A stretch of DNA of 64,000 nt from NCBI RefSeq assembly GCF_009914755.1, contig NC_060935.1; one strand, written 5' to 3'. Under the pieces are notes generated by a model, which worked only from the letters and a program-made list of their open reading frames with translations, was not told the DNA's origin and ran no database searches. Source of the DNA: the human T2T-CHM13v2.0 reference genome, Homo sapiens. Positions 1 to 16,249 of this stretch are shown one piece after another. Each line of letters starts with the position of its first letter. Positions within the stretch are counted from its first letter, which is position 1. A program made the translations under genes and the position numbers.

Positions 1-110
1 ACCATGTGATCTCTCTGAGCCTGTTCCCCCCTTTGTAAAATGGAATAGACAATGCTCATGCCACAAGGGCTTAATGATTAAATGAGAGATTATACATGTG
101 AGTGCTTTGC
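1..110 (+). mobile_element. MIR fragment
   Basis: ctctctgagcctg...tgtaaaatgg...gattaaatgaga...tgtgagtgctt resembles the MIR core. Confidence 0.6.
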
Positions 111-196
111 AAAAAATACAGCAACTCATAACATATCCACTTCTGTTAAAGATATTACTTAATGTTGCTAAGTATCTCAAAGCTAAACTACGATGA

Positions 197-679
<483 letters not shown>

Positions 680-1914
680 AATCAATGCTTTCCATTTTAT
701 CTTGGCTGCTAAGTAACTCAGAAGTAACTTTAAATCTCAACCTTAGTAACCATGTAGGAGCTGGATAATTATTCACTACTTTTAAGCACTCAAGTCTTCC
801 TTCACCTGTATGATAAGAACCAAACTTCTCTGTAAATTATGCATGTCTTTTTATGATCTGGCTCCTGCTCCCTCATCAGCTTCATATCCTATTCACTCTA
901 GTTTATACTCCCTGTTACAATAAAATGGAATTTCTTGTAGCTCCCTGAACTAGCTATGATATTCCAAAATCCTATGTATTTCCGAATGCCACTTTTTCTT
1001 TCTAATTATGATGTCTTCCCTTCCAGATGACATCATAATTAGTCCTTTCTAAGCCTAATTAAAACATCTGCTCTGGACAAAATCCTTTGTTGACTTCCTT
1101 CCACCAGCCCTGGGAAGAATCTATCATCCCCTTTCCTCTAACACCCCTAACCCCTTTCCTCTAACACCAAATGTGGTGTTCCATCACCACATTTATAGAA
1201 AAATATATATTACAATTATTGGTTTCTATGTCTGTTTCCAGTTCTCCTCAACTTGCTCCTCAAGGTACAGTATCCATGTCTTATTATCTCTATAACATAA
1301 GTGCCTCTCATGATGTTGCACATACTAGGCTCTCTGGTTGTTAATCTTGGTAATCTTGGTAAAATTGCTTCTCTTTCTTCTTCCATTTTAATTTTACTTT
1401 TAAATAAAATGCAATTATTTTCAGATCCTATTTAAAGCAGTGAAATATAAATAATTAAAAGACAGATAAATACAAAGGAAGGTGTGTAAGTCAATTAAAC
1501 AGTAGAGTGATCTCCTGGTCAGGGTTGGCCCAGAGCTGTGATACAGAAAATCTGCCTTATTATTATCACTAGAAAGGGCTCTCCAAGAAGAATTTTCCCT
1601 AAAATCTGAACCATCTCCACAAAAAATATCCTTACACATCTCTTACATTGCTTAGCAATTCACCATTAGCAATTCATTCTTTGAATTAATTAAAAAGGCC
1701 AATCTCTTATGAAAGGGTAATAGAATAAACTGTTACAACAGAATTATATTAATTTCAATTTAATTCCTCCTGAGAAACAAGAACATTCCTAGGGAAGATA
1801 ATCCTGGTAAAGCCATGCAAACAAAGACATTGGTCAAGGGAGATCCTTAGGCACTGTAATCCCAGTGAAATAACTTCACGAGATTTGGAAATATCCAAGC
1901 TGAGTAAATATGGT

Positions 1915-2308
1915 TGTTATGGGCTGAATTGTGTTTCCCCATAATTCATAGGTACCCCTAGTACCTCAGAATGTGACTGTATTTGGAGACGGGGCCTTTA
2001 AAGCAGTGGTTAGGTTAAAATGAGGCTCTTAGGGTGGGTCCTAATCCAATCTGACTGGTGTACTTATACGAAGGGTACATCTGGACACAAAAAAGGACAC
2101 CAGGGATGTGTGCACATGGAGGAAAGAGCATGTGAGGACACATCAAGACAGCCTCTATCTACAAGCCAAAGAGAGAGGCTTCAGAAGAAATGAACCTGCT
2201 AACACCTTGATCTTGGACTTCCAGGCAGTACTGTGAGAAAATGAATTTCTGTTGTTTAAGTCCGCTGTCTCTGGTAGTTTATTACGGCAACCCTGGCCAA
2301 CTAATACA
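1915..2308 (+). mobile_element. MaLR solo LTR (MLT1B-like)
   Basis: Starts tgttatgggctgaattgtgt and ends ctaataca. 5-bp TSD ATGGT/ATGGC. Confidence 0.85.
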
Positions 2309-5300
2309 ATGGCAGCTTCTACCTCTTATGCCATGAAAGGTGCTAGTTGCTTTCCAAAATTATCAAATAATAAAGCAGCATATTTTAGAGATAAGGTCCT
2401 ATTAGCCTCACAAACAATTATCTAGAAACTTTTTTCTTTAGGATCTAGTAGCAGTTCTATCTGTTGACAGCCTTGTCCATCCATCTATATATTTATCTAT
2501 GATTCTTCAAAAGTTGTCCTTTAAAGGGAAGGAAGCACTTAACAAAGGTTTTCAAAAACAGGAAGATTTATACTTGAGGCAAGAAACAGAATCTCAATGC
2601 TATAAGCTGTTGAGATAAACTCTAGGAATGCTGATATATGCCACTGGACCATAAGCATTTCGAGGGAGGGAAAGTATCTCACGACCTGCTCTATGCCCAG
2701 AGAGAACTGTGCGCTGCAAGCAGAGAAGCATGCAGCACATGCCTGCTGAAATGAACTAATGTCTGCAGAGCTTCTTGTGGAGATGTTTTATGGACCTTTC
2801 AAAAACATTCTCCAATGATGTATGACAAGTTTCCCTCAGGATTTGAAGAGTACTCCAAAATAAGCGAGTTCTGTCTCCACACCCCCGGCAAGGACAGCAT
2901 CCTAGACATCTCCTGTAACACACATTTAGACTCTTGTCACTGACCATCAGATGATAAATGATACAGTAGCATTAACTCTGAAGATATGAGACCCTTTTAG
3001 GCTTGGAAGCCACTGAATTAAATTAGTTTCATCAGGATTATAGTGCTTACTGAACCCCTTTAACCAAATGCTTTCTGTCTCATTCATATGGTTTTAATAT
3101 GGTTTTAACCAATTGCAAGGTTATTTATAAGTTTGCAACTCCCAAGTAGAGTTATAAAGTGTTCAGATTTAAGCAAATCCAGTTGTGTGGCAGCCTAACT
3201 CCTACTTATATGTGGTTTCAACTTTTTATTCGTGTACAGAGGCATGATGCAGATTTGTTCCTGAATATTCTCTGATTAACCATTTGTTTCAGTAAAAAGT
3301 TCACAAAAAGTCCCACTGTAAAATTACACAAACTCCTATTAAAACTGAACACATGGTTTAAAAAGTGGAGAATTCTATCTCCACCTAAACCACCAATAAG
3401 ATACTGTTATTCTAACATGTACCATATGAACAAAGAGTGTCACAATAAAATTAATGACCAGCTAAGCAAATGTCTTTGTCCAAAAAGGTATCTTGGGAAT
3501 TCTATTAGTTCAAAATCTAAGTGCCTCATCTGAGGTACCTGTTTAATTTATAATGTGTACTTTTTAGTATTATTTGTGGAAACACAAGTGCAGTTTATTC
3601 AAGTTGAAAACATCAAAGCTATACGAACCAAGAATAAATATTTTCTTTAGAAATATAGCTTCCATTTCAGTTTTAGCTGGAAAACTGATAAATTTGAAGA
3701 TTTTTTTCCCTCAGAAACATAAACACAAAAAGTGGGAAAATGTAAGGTACTGCTACCATGTATTTGTTTTAATTTATGATATATATAAGCATATTGTATC
3801 TCCTAAGAGCTTTTCCTATAATTTAAAAAAATATGTATGCTGCACAAATAACATATATCTTAAAAAGAAAAATAGGGAGCATGAGAAAGCTTTAGTGCCA
3901 GAAGGAAATGTAAGGCCTCTTCATTCAAACAGCAATGTGACCAAGGAGGTGTGGACACTTACCACAGTCCTGAAGCCGGCTGGTGACAGATCCAGAACAT
4001 GCCTCTCAGCTCCAGACTCTCAGTCTCCTGCTCCTTCCACTGAGCTACTCTTACTCTACCAACTATGCTAGTCCCTGTATAATTCATCTGCAAAATGAGG
4101 GAGTTAAGTTAACTTATCTCCATGGTTTCTTCCAGCTCTGAAATCTTATGATTCTATGATATTTGACTTTCTTTCTCTCTAAGATCTATACTGCAGCACA
4201 CATTGATAAAATCACGCCTAAAAAAATTCTGAGGAATTATTCATCTCAAGAAAAGCACTAAAAAACAATGCATTTTTTTCAAACAAGCCTACCAAAGCAT
4301 GGTCACCCTTAGCCAAAAAGCATCTGTTGGCTACTTCTGAAGTTCCGTGGCCACCATAGTCAAAAGCAATAGAAGGGAAGGGACACAAAGGCAAGGGAAG
4401 GCAGGGAAAGGATGCAGGGAAAATCAGAGGGAACACATTTTCATCTGAATGTGGCTTAAAGATTCCTCTGTGTCCCTAGTTTGAGACTCATTATGGTGGC
4501 ACTAGCCCAGAATACATCTCTTTTTGTCTGCAAGTAAAGTAACATAAATGCAAAGACTGCTGCTAAGAAGAGGGCCTTTCTTCAGAAAAAAGCTGATTAA
4601 CTCCTTAATGTCAAGATTTTGTATATTCTACTGTTATCCTCCTTCTAGGAAAAAAGAAGCACTAAATAAGGTCAAATGATGTCACAAATGAGTATTCAAA
4701 TAAAAAACAAAAATAACCCAGGACTATGTCTGATTGTGGAAGAAGCTTTTCTTAAGATGAAGTAAAATTAAAATTTAGAAACTGTTTTCATTTCATACAA
4801 ACTAAAAAAAAATTCTGAAATTGAAATTTTTAAAATGAGTTTAAAAGAAGAAGAAAATATTTAGAAACGCTTTTCAAAACAGTACTCCAATATGGCACCA
4901 TTACAAAAGACAAAAGATAGTGTCCAACTGTGGGGATATGTGTTAATTGTATGGTTTTCCAAAGATGTGGGAGAACTGATATCAATTACAGTATAATTAC
5001 CATTACTTCCAACAGAGTTAACATGTAGTTACCATAAAATAACATAGAATTAACTGGTGTCACATTGCACACCAGACTAAATAAGATACAAATTAAGAAT
5101 TCCCAAATGTAACGATAATACTCTTCTATCTCTTAAAAAATACAATAAAAATAAAACAACTTTTCTCTGATAATGTCACAGCATTTGCAGGAATTAGTAT
5201 AATTATTCAAAGAGGGAAAAACTAAGATATATAAGTTAGAAATCATCATTTTTAGTTATAAGGTAAAAAACTGCATAGGGATGGAGAAGTATATATTAAC

Positions 5301-7325
5301 AAAAATGTTAAATTTAATAAACTAAAGGTATAGTAAATAAAATGAAATTTCCTACACATTTCTTTCAAGTCCTGAAAATCAGGCAGCTATATTTTAAAAC
5401 CAAATTCAAGAATGTTCTTAGTTTTTACTGATACCTAATATTTTTTACTTTATTTATCAAACACGGGACAAGAGCCTGCTTTAGTCGTACTATAGAGAGA
5501 CACAGAAATGAGTCAGGCTCAGTTCAAGACAGGAATTTAAACCCAATTTTTAGTTCTTTGCTATGTGAAGCAGTAAGTCATGTCTCAATATAAGTAATTT
5601 CCTTATCAGGAGGTGAGCTTAAGGGACAAAGAATGCTACAGTTCAATTTGAAGAAGCAGAATTCCTTGCTGGAATGTCTCAAGTCAGCAACAATAATACA
5701 GGATGCCTCCACGTGCTGCATATGAGAGAGGGGCACGTGTGGGAACACGTACATGCTCACCGCGCATCTAGATTTAATTAGAAGAGAACTGAAAATGGCA
5801 GAGTGCAATGCTGTGAAGTTGATGGGAGGACAAAGGGAAAGGAGCTGTATTTTAAATACAGCTACAGTGTATCTGCTATATCCGTTTCAAACATCTGGGC
5901 TTCCAATTATTTATTGAACTCATGTGTAAGACTTATTTGGGAATACTGCAAGCAGTTATAGAACAGGAACATGCAACTACTTTGTAAAATACTTGCAGGA
6001 CTGAACTCTTGATAAAATCTTGGACAATATGAGTGAAAACTGCTCTGACATTATTTGAGTCAATGTGTGCAAACCGTGAAGAGGTTAGCATGCTAAGAAT
6101 AAATTTTGTACACAGCCTGCTAATTAATGTAGCAGATAATATTTTATTGGGAACTTATATTTTGCATATTTTTGAAGATTTAGTTTATTTCCTACATCTG
6201 ACTTTTTTTCATTTTTTTCCTTTGTGGTATCCACAGGCTTACTTGAGATTAAATGAGGCTAGACACATTTGTAAAAGGCTGCACAACTTGTTTGAAGATT
6301 ACATAAGCATATGCATAGATCCACAAAGCTTTCAGGGAAAGTCTGTTCCCTATGTAGTCAATATTTTCCTTTTTTCTATGAATATGGAGCTTGGGAATAG
6401 ATGTATTAATTTTGCACCCAGTTCCATGTTTTATTCCATTGAATTCGTGAAGCTTTTGTTAGGCTCTAAGGGAAACCAAACTGGCTAGGAGGGATGACAA
6501 CAGAACAATGATGGGTACATTATTATTCCATGTTATTTCCTCTTGTTCCCACATCACTGTTACATTCCTCTGATTATTGCAGTCTCAAAAAATGTGCTGA
6601 TCACTGTGTGTGTTAGGCAACACTGCAAGACCGAGAAGCTAATATCCCAGATAGAGTACATTATGCATCTGATGTAAATGAGGTATGTGCTCTCCACATA
6701 TCGGCCGTTTGTCATCAGAGAGCCAGCAAACAGAGCGGATGGGTGCGAGTGCTTTTATTCCCTTCCACTGTTTCCACAATGGTGAAAATAAATAAGTAAA
6801 TAGAATAAAAATCACCTGTCCTTCACAACTGTCCTTAACTGGCACAAACTTGAAATATTTACAATGTAATGTATATTTTGGGTAGAGCTTTGTGTTTGTT
6901 GTCATTATATTAGGAAAAAACAAGGCTCGTCATCTTCACATTCAGAAATTAGAAACTGAAATGCAGCACATTGTAGGTCATACCAGCAAGGGTAGCGACT
7001 GCACCAACTTTATTTCTCAAAAAATAAAATGTAAGATATTTTAAAATGTGGACTCTGAATTCCTGGTCTAAAAGCAAGTGCTTCAACATAAACAATCCTT
7101 CCCGCTGAATTAGAAATGATGCTTAGATCACAGGTTAAAATCTCTAAGTGAAATAAAAACATCTCCAAGGGCTCTAGGACATGGGCTCAATAAACAAGCA
7201 CATGTTTATTCCTACAGCTTGAATAACAGCACTTCTGCCCAGATAAGGAGAAACTTGGAAAATTAGCCTAAGCAGGATGTGAGACCGAGAGACAGTTCCT
7301 TCAGTCCTAAAGATTGTCTAATGAG

Positions 7326-7627
<302 letters not shown>

Positions 7628-8167
7628 CCGATTGTCTAACGAGAATTAACTAAAATGGATTTGAACAGTCTCAGGGAAAAAGGCAGTTGTTCATAGAACA
7701 AATAACTTCCCAAGTGAATGTTATAATTAGCCGTTTTTAAATCTCTGTAAAATTTTTAATGGCATTTTCAGACCAATTAATGACTTAAGAGAAGATCATG
7801 AATATAATAATTATACAAGCTACAAAAGTTTTTATAATATACCTCTTATTTAACTCTACTGCATATATTTGACACAAAGAAGTGTATAACCTAGGAAAGG
7901 AGTAAATCTGCTTTTCACCCTGATTAAATAAAACTCATATTTGAATTTGCGTTATGATCAAAATTTTAATTTTGCATAACTGAGGTGATGACCAAAGGAG
8001 TAGAAGAAAAATTGCTTCTAGAGAGCCAAACTTCTCGACTGCTTCGGGATCTGAATATTAAAATGTCACTTATATAAGGCTTCAGGTTGTACATTGTGTT
8101 CTCTAATTGGCAATGTGACATGAAGGGGTGGATTATTAGATTGCTTAAACCAAATAAAGTCTTAGTG

Positions 8168-8237
8168 TAAATATGATCTATTTAGAAACTCTTAGGTTTG
8201 AATAAATATGATCTATTTAGAAATGCTTAGGTTTGAA
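8168..8237. repeat. 35-bp tandem duplication (2 mismatches)
   Basis: taaatatgatctatttagaaa(ct/tg)cttaggtttgaa occurs twice in tandem. Confidence 0.9.
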
Positions 8238-11200
8238 ATATTAGTCTTCCCTTGAAGATTAATATGTTTGAAGCACTCACACTTGTACTTTCAATTATTT
8301 TAAAATTCATTGACAATTATAGTTTCTCAACTAAAAATAATACAAAATTCTAAAAATTCATTGTCTATTGTTCTAAACAGTTACATAGTTTGCCTTCTGT
8401 GTAAGCTGATTTGACTGCAAACTTTACTTCTCTTTAGTATGGTTTCTACTTGAAGGTAAAGCAATATTTAATACTGCCTCAAATATCAACTATAGAAAAT
8501 TTCTAGCTCATTAAATTACCTTTTAAAATTATATAAACTTGAGGAAATGATTCTGGAAAACCAGTTTGTACAAAACCATATGAAATTCACTAACTCATAG
8601 TGTTTTGATCTCATTGTATTATGCTGATCTGTAAATCCATCTACATTTAGCTAATCCTCAGTCCTCAGCTAATTCTTTGAGCCAGAGATATTTGGTACAA
8701 CCGACCTGATTTGCTTGAAATAGACTTCACTTCCTTTCTACACCCTCTCCTTCTCACCACCACCCACAAAGATGATAAACAAAAAGTGTTTTATTTATGG
8801 AAAAAAAAGTGATGACATGCTACTTATTTATGCTATCAGCCTAAGGCAGCTTTGAGTCTACCTCATTCCAATGAAACAGGAGGCAGGAGGCACACAGCAT
8901 AAAGCTTCCCTTCTGGGCAGAAATCAGACTCATTTCCCTTCCTCCTCACACAATAAATATGGTAAATGGTCAGACTTTGTGGCCATTAGCATCTTATAAA
9001 TTGTAAAGTCTTTTCCCACATATTATCTAATTCGTAAGGCACAATCATCCTAATTTTACAGAACATACTGAGACTCAGTAAGATTTAGAGACTTCCCCAA
9101 GATGACACAGATACTCAGATGTAGGCCTAGAAGACAGATCTCCAGCTTTAACATCAAGACTAAATTCCTTCTACGATTCACATAGCTTCATTTGTCAAAC
9201 TTTACTCAGTTTTAGGTACATGAAATCAGGAAGCTCAGCATCCATGTTCACTTCCAAAGCTTTGCAAGTTGGTATTTATTTTATAAATTTAACTTTCTGA
9301 AGCTATTCAAATCCAGTACTTCATTGCACAGCCATTTAAATAAATGACATCAGCATTTGATTCTGAATAAATGTGTACTGGTTGTCTCTCAGCCCCCCTA
9401 GGCTGTGCAACTGTTTCATATATGGTTAATTCTTATGCGGCTTTAGAGGACTTATCATTGGAGATGCACACCCAAGAGCTCCTGTTAACTGTGCTGCTAT
9501 CAAGGACACAGGAGTAGGGTAGGTAGGTATGCAGGTATTACACACTAGAGCCCTGCCATAGAAGAATGCAGAGGCAGCAGCTGCCTCCTGTAACTATAAG
9601 AACTTGCAGAAAAATCATCAATGATCAGAGACTGCACCCTAACTGCAGTAGGCTGTAAGATTGCAGTGAGAAGTGAAGGAAGGAGAGAGGGAGGGTGGAA
9701 AAATAAGAGGAACAAGGGGAACAGGAAAGGGCAATGGGGGAGCAGAAATGGAAAGAGAGGGTAGGAAGGAGGTTAGGGAGGGAGAAAGGAAAGGAGAGAA
9801 ATCTATTCTCACACATACCAGGAGGCAGAGACAAAGAAGTGTGGACCGAGGGCGATGCATCCACAACCTCCAGAATAGAAGACAGATGAGGAAGTGGCAG
9901 TGAGACAAGCAAATTGAGACAGTGAAACAGACTTCAGTATTCTAGGGCCTTGTAAGAGGCAACCCTCCTATAATATGAATTTACTCTATCTGAGGAATGC
10001 CAGACACATTCAAAAGGGCAGAGAGATGAAAATAAATTTTCATCTCCGTAAGAGTAACTACTTCTTCCAAAGTCTGGGCTCTAGTCACAAGCACACAATC
10101 AATGAGCATTTTAGGCTCAGTGTTAGGGGAAGAGCAAAGAGTAAGACATGGGCTCTTCCTTCAAGTTACCAATAATGGTAACAGTGTGGTGCAGTAAAAA
10201 GTATAGAATTTATATAGAGCAGAGCTGGTATTTGAACCTAGAGTTACCTGCATGAATTTTCAGGGTTTTGTTCGATTTGTTAGTCTATAATGGGGGCTAA
10301 TAAAAGATATCAATAATCTTTACCTCACAGGATTTCTGTGAACATCAAATGTGATTTTTGTATTAAAAATTCATCAGTCACAAATGCCTATAAATTATGT
10401 TAATTATTTCAAATTTTCATGTAGATTTACAATCCTATATCACCCTGAGGTTTCTCCCAGAGAGAAGAGTGGGAGCAACTTATTAGTTGCTTCTATAATT
10501 GTGTAACAGATTGACTGTCTCCAAGTTTATCTATGTGGAGAAATACACTCCATTTACCTCAGCCACCACTACCATCATTATCCTTTATTCTCTCTCTCTC
10601 TCTTTCTCACACATACACAATCATACATACAACCATACATACAGCCTCTGGGTTAACTTTCTTAGCCAGGCATTCAAGGCTTCCATCATCTGAATCCTGC
10701 CCCTCTCTAACTCAGAGTACACTTCTCTCTTGATTGAGCTGTCCTCCAGCCATTATTCCCCATATGCAGACACATGCCCCAACCATACTCATGCCAGGAC
10801 CCTGCCTAGACACTCCTGCCTACCTACTCCAGCCTGCCTGTCCTTCCTTTGAGGGCATTTCAAGTCTCTCCTCTTCTACAGAACTTTTTTTCCACCAAGG
10901 GATTGATCAGGACGGCCTCCTTTTATCTTCATTAGCTTAATTAGCCTTACGACACTTTTCATTCACTCATTTGGCACACAGACCCTCTATTGTCTGGTTC
11001 CTTTTCATGGATCTGTCTTACCTCCCAAATCAGACTACCAGACTACACTCTCCTGTAGGTCAGAAAGAGACCAGTCAATATTTACCTGAATCCCTAGCAC
11101 CTAACACCTAACCCATACATCAAATGGTGAGCACTTCCTACCTAACGCTCTGTGACGTCATGTGGTTGCAAACAACAATAAGGGAACCAGAAGAATATTT

Positions 11201-11558
11201 ATTTGCATCTACCTTACTTCACATATATTATCTTATTTAATATTTTCCACAACCTTATACAGTATGTTCATCATTTCCACCTCCCAAGTGAGTAAACATA
11301 GTCTCAGAAAAGTAAGTAACAGGCCCCAGGTGGCATACCTAGTAATACACATGTTGTTGATCATTAATTAGGCTGAGAAGCTGAGATTTGGATTTAGACA
11401 TGACCGATTTCAAAGGCTCCTGTTCTTTATTTCATTCCTGATGTTTGCCTAGACCTGGAGAAATCATTTCATGGCAATCAAATTGGTGGTCTGGAATAAG
11501 AAAGGCTAAACTTGCTACCAACCTCCCTTGAAGGAGTATTATTAAGATCAGAGAACTC

Positions 11559-12039
<481 letters not shown>

Positions 12040-12654
12040 TTACAGATAAGAAAATGGATACTAATTTAATTGTTGATATTTTAATCTCAACATAGGCAAG
12101 AGAACCCCAAATATATGGTTTCTTTTCTTAAAAAATTATGTTGACTCTCAATATGGGAAGATAACAATTCAAATGATCTCCTTTGTTGAGAACTACAGGG
12201 GACTACTGCAACCTAGAAGATATGAGAACTAAGGCCATTGCGCAATGCATTTTACAAGACACCCTTTGTGTTATTTCAGAACCAATGCTGTTGACATTAT
12301 TTATAAAAAGATATAAAGGGCAAATCAGGGTTGCACTAAAAATAAAATCAAGCATTTCCATCCATAGTGGGAAGACAGCACTTTGGGAAATTCTAATCTT
12401 AGTTGCAAATGTCAAAGATTGCAAACTGGATCTTAGCTAAAAGTAAACTTCTGCCAGACTGCTCTCAATGGCACATTTTTGACAACCAGATTTAAGACAA
12501 TGCTGAGAGGGAATCAGTGATGTAAAGAATATATAAAGTACATCCATGTGCAAAGTTTTCACATATACTCTCTATTCACAGCCCTAGGCCAACCAGCTGA
12601 AAATGAAAATAATCAAGTATAGTAATACCCAACACCACAAAGGGAAGGGAGTAG

Positions 12655-13125
12655 AACACATACACGAAGACTTATACAGACAACACACATACACTGTCAT
12701 ACAGACCGTCTCACATATACACCCAGGTCAACTGACACAGACAGACATACAGATTCAGAGACAGACATAGACATGGACCCAGACATACCTACAGACATAC
12801 AAATGCAGAGAGGTGCACACTGAGATAGACACACAGACACAAAGAGATACTGACAAATACACAGACACACTACAGATGCATAGTCGGATAGACAGACGCA
12901 CAGCAGGAGCAGGTACCCACTTCTATAGATACAAACAGACCTATGGAAAAACAGGCAAAATAAATGCACATACACACACAAGGAACAGACTCACAGAGAC
13001 AGACTCACATATAGATTTATACCCACAATGAGAAAGACATGAACATTCACAAAGTTTGCTCACATGAACACTCACAGAGTTACACGCATTGTGCAGTCAC
13101 ATGCACACACAAACTCATGTACAGC
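12655..13125. repeat. Degenerate CA/CAGA-rich low-complexity tract
   Basis: Repeated acacac/acagac/catac motifs over about 470 bp. Confidence 0.8.
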
Positions 13126-14040
13126 CATATATAATGTGTGACCTTCTTTTCAAGGCGCATCAGGACACATGGGCAGGGATAGGTTTGGGGGAAGAAGGTG
13201 AAGTCCGTCTGTTATTGCAGACAGAATATGGGATTCAAAACAAAAAACTTTGAAGTCTCTCAAGTTCAATATTAACTGTGTGAATGTAGGAAAATGATTT
13301 GAGCTCTTTGAACCTCATACTCATCTGTAGAAGAGAAATAATAAAAATTCCACTTCTTAGGATGTTTGCTAGAATTAACTTTAATTAATAAATGTGTGAA
13401 ATGCTTTGCAAACAATTTAAAACACTGACATTTTAGTGATTGTTATTATTATGTTCTTAAAACTGCCACGAGCAAAGAAAGCCTCTTAGGAAAAGAAAAA
13501 GTTAAAGTATTATCCACCTCACCTATTACTAAGAACACTTAATGAAATCTATTTTTAAAAATTGATCTTTAGGGAACTAAATATTTATACAAAATGTAGT
13601 TACAGAAAATTGTGTTACTGGCATCAACTTAAATCAATTAATATTATATTTAGTGCCTACTATGTGCCAGGCATGTCTAGGAAATGTAATGTTCTATTTA
13701 ACCTACACTCTGATTAGTGAAGCTATCAGATACAATATATTCCATACTTATCTCTATTAGCAAGGATGATAGTATAGAACAACATAAGCAGCACTAAGAC
13801 TGAATTTAGCACTTTGAGACCATATGATGCCTTAGGGTCACCACCATAAGCATCTTAGGACCGTGAACATTAGAGCAGAATCTGGAAAGCACACAGGACT
13901 GAGTGCCAGAGAGACAGAGGACTGGTCCCAGTCTCAGTAACACCCTGTGGCTGGATTTGGGCAATCACTTCACTTCTGTTTCTTCATCTATAAAATGAGC
14001 GGCTGTACTAAATGATCTCTAAGGGCTCTTTTAGCTCTGA

Positions 14041-14370
<330 letters not shown>

Positions 14371-15922
14371 TGATGAAGAAGTGCTGACTAATGGTCTTTC
14401 TGTTGAGAGAGTGTTGAATATATGAATTTTTACTATACTACTACAAAAACAAAGAAGTTCATATTTCATATCTCTAAAGGGAAAAGATCTATCATCATCA
14501 CTGGACTAGAGATAATGTGGACGAGTTATGATTCTGTAAGAATAGAAATTGGTTAAGAGATTTTTAGACAGAGCACACATTAGATCCCGAATTCCCAAGG
14601 GCAAAGATCTCTGAGGAAAATCTTCAGGATATACCAAAGCCAACATCCATGAAATGGGATGTCAAAGTCTGCAGAAAGTTCAGATAGCTTTTAAGCAGAG
14701 CACCCTCCTCTTAGCTCAGAAAAATCCAGATGGACCCAGTTTCCTAAAGGCAGGCACACAGTAAAACAACACAGTGTGTTTTCAAGTGATCGCGTATGCT
14801 TCTCTGAGGAATCTAAAAATAAGAACTTAGACAGATTCTTTGTTAGACTTAGGAGGCAGCTTGCATTGTCTTGAGAAGTTTTGTGAAAACTTAGGAAAAC
14901 AGTTTAGAATCTACTCAGCCTTTCTAAAGTTGCATTTTAAACTGAACCCAACTTTAAATGTTCAAGTTTTAGCAGACTTTTAAAAATATAATTTGTCACT
15001 TAAATGGTCTCAATTTTGTATTTAAAATTTGTCCTACAATCAAATGACTTCAAACTTAATATTTGTTTTGATGATAATCATAACTATATATATTTTCTTT
15101 AATGTGCTCTTTTAAAAATAACTAAAAAATTCCTGACAACATGTGCTTTGATTTCTTTCTGCAACTCAGATATTTAAAAAATGTTTAGTACAACAAGTGG
15201 ATTCTAAAGGCCACCTAGATGGGTCTGATTTAATTTGGAGGTTGGGAATTCTTCAGAAATTAATTTGTTTATGTGGGGTGACATAGCATTAAGTCACCTG
15301 ACACTAAACTTGTGATATGTCCTTCCTCTGCATACTGTTTGTCTTTCCACTGGAAAAGCCCTGTTTCTACAACAACAGGGCAGCTTCTAAGCTAAGGAAG
15401 GGCAGGAGTGCAAAAGAGCCCAAGGCCAATTTAAAGAAATTTCAAATGGAGTTCCACCTACAGAACTGGTCTTGGGAATGCTGCAAGAGAAGAAAATGGA
15501 TTTTAAATGCATAATCCTGAGTACCTGGCTTATAGTTTCATAGCTTTTTGATATAACCTGTAATAACACAGGGAACTAAGTGTTATTAATCACAGATAAG
15601 GACACCAAGGCTCAAGGAAGTCACAGACCTGTGAGTTGTGGAAGCAGAATCTGAAGCCCCGGTCACTCTGACTCCAAAACACATGCTCTCTTCACTCTTG
15701 CACATCTCTCTAAAGGTCTCGCCCATTCTTTATTTAAACTGCCACCATCATATTCTTCTTAAAATGTAGTTTAGATTAAATGTGCCCCATCCACAAACAC
15801 CTACAATGGCTGGCAATTATCTACAAGGATAAAACTTAAGCTAGCCATGACAACCATCTCTTTCAGCCTGCTCTTCTACCAATTATGTGTCAGGTTCTGA
15901 ATGAGGCCACTTATGTTGATTA

Positions 15923-16249
15923 TAGCAGGCCTTTCATATCCATGAGTTCCATATCTGAGAGGTCAACCAATTTTGGAAGGAAAATATTAAAATTTTTTTT
16001 AAATTAAAAATAACAATACAAATAATAGAAATAAAAAGAATGCAACAACTATTGACATAGCATTTATGTTGTGTTAGGTATTATAAGTAATCTAGAGATG
16101 ATTTAAGGAATATGGGAGGATGTGCCTAGGTTATATGCAAATACTATGCCATTTTATATAAGAGTCTTGAGCATCCAGGAATTTTGGGATCTGCAGGGTA
16201 GGGAGGTGGGGTCCTGGACCAATTCTCCAAGAGTATTGACGGATGATTG
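15923..16249 (-). mobile_element. MER2 (TcMar-Tigger non-autonomous DNA transposon)
   Basis: ggtattataagtaatctagagatgatttaa...ggttatatgcaaatactatgccattttatataag matches the MER2 body. Degenerate terminal inverted repeats with TA on both sides. Confidence 0.85.

Noticed and set aside
3574-4071. 165-aa plus-strand ORF
   Set aside because: Non-ATG start, AT-rich biased composition, runs into MIR-like sequence, no recognisable domain or splice context
6033-6488. 151-aa plus-strand ORF
   Set aside because: GTG start, F/L/I-rich as expected from AT-rich intron, antisense to SOX6, no homology recognised
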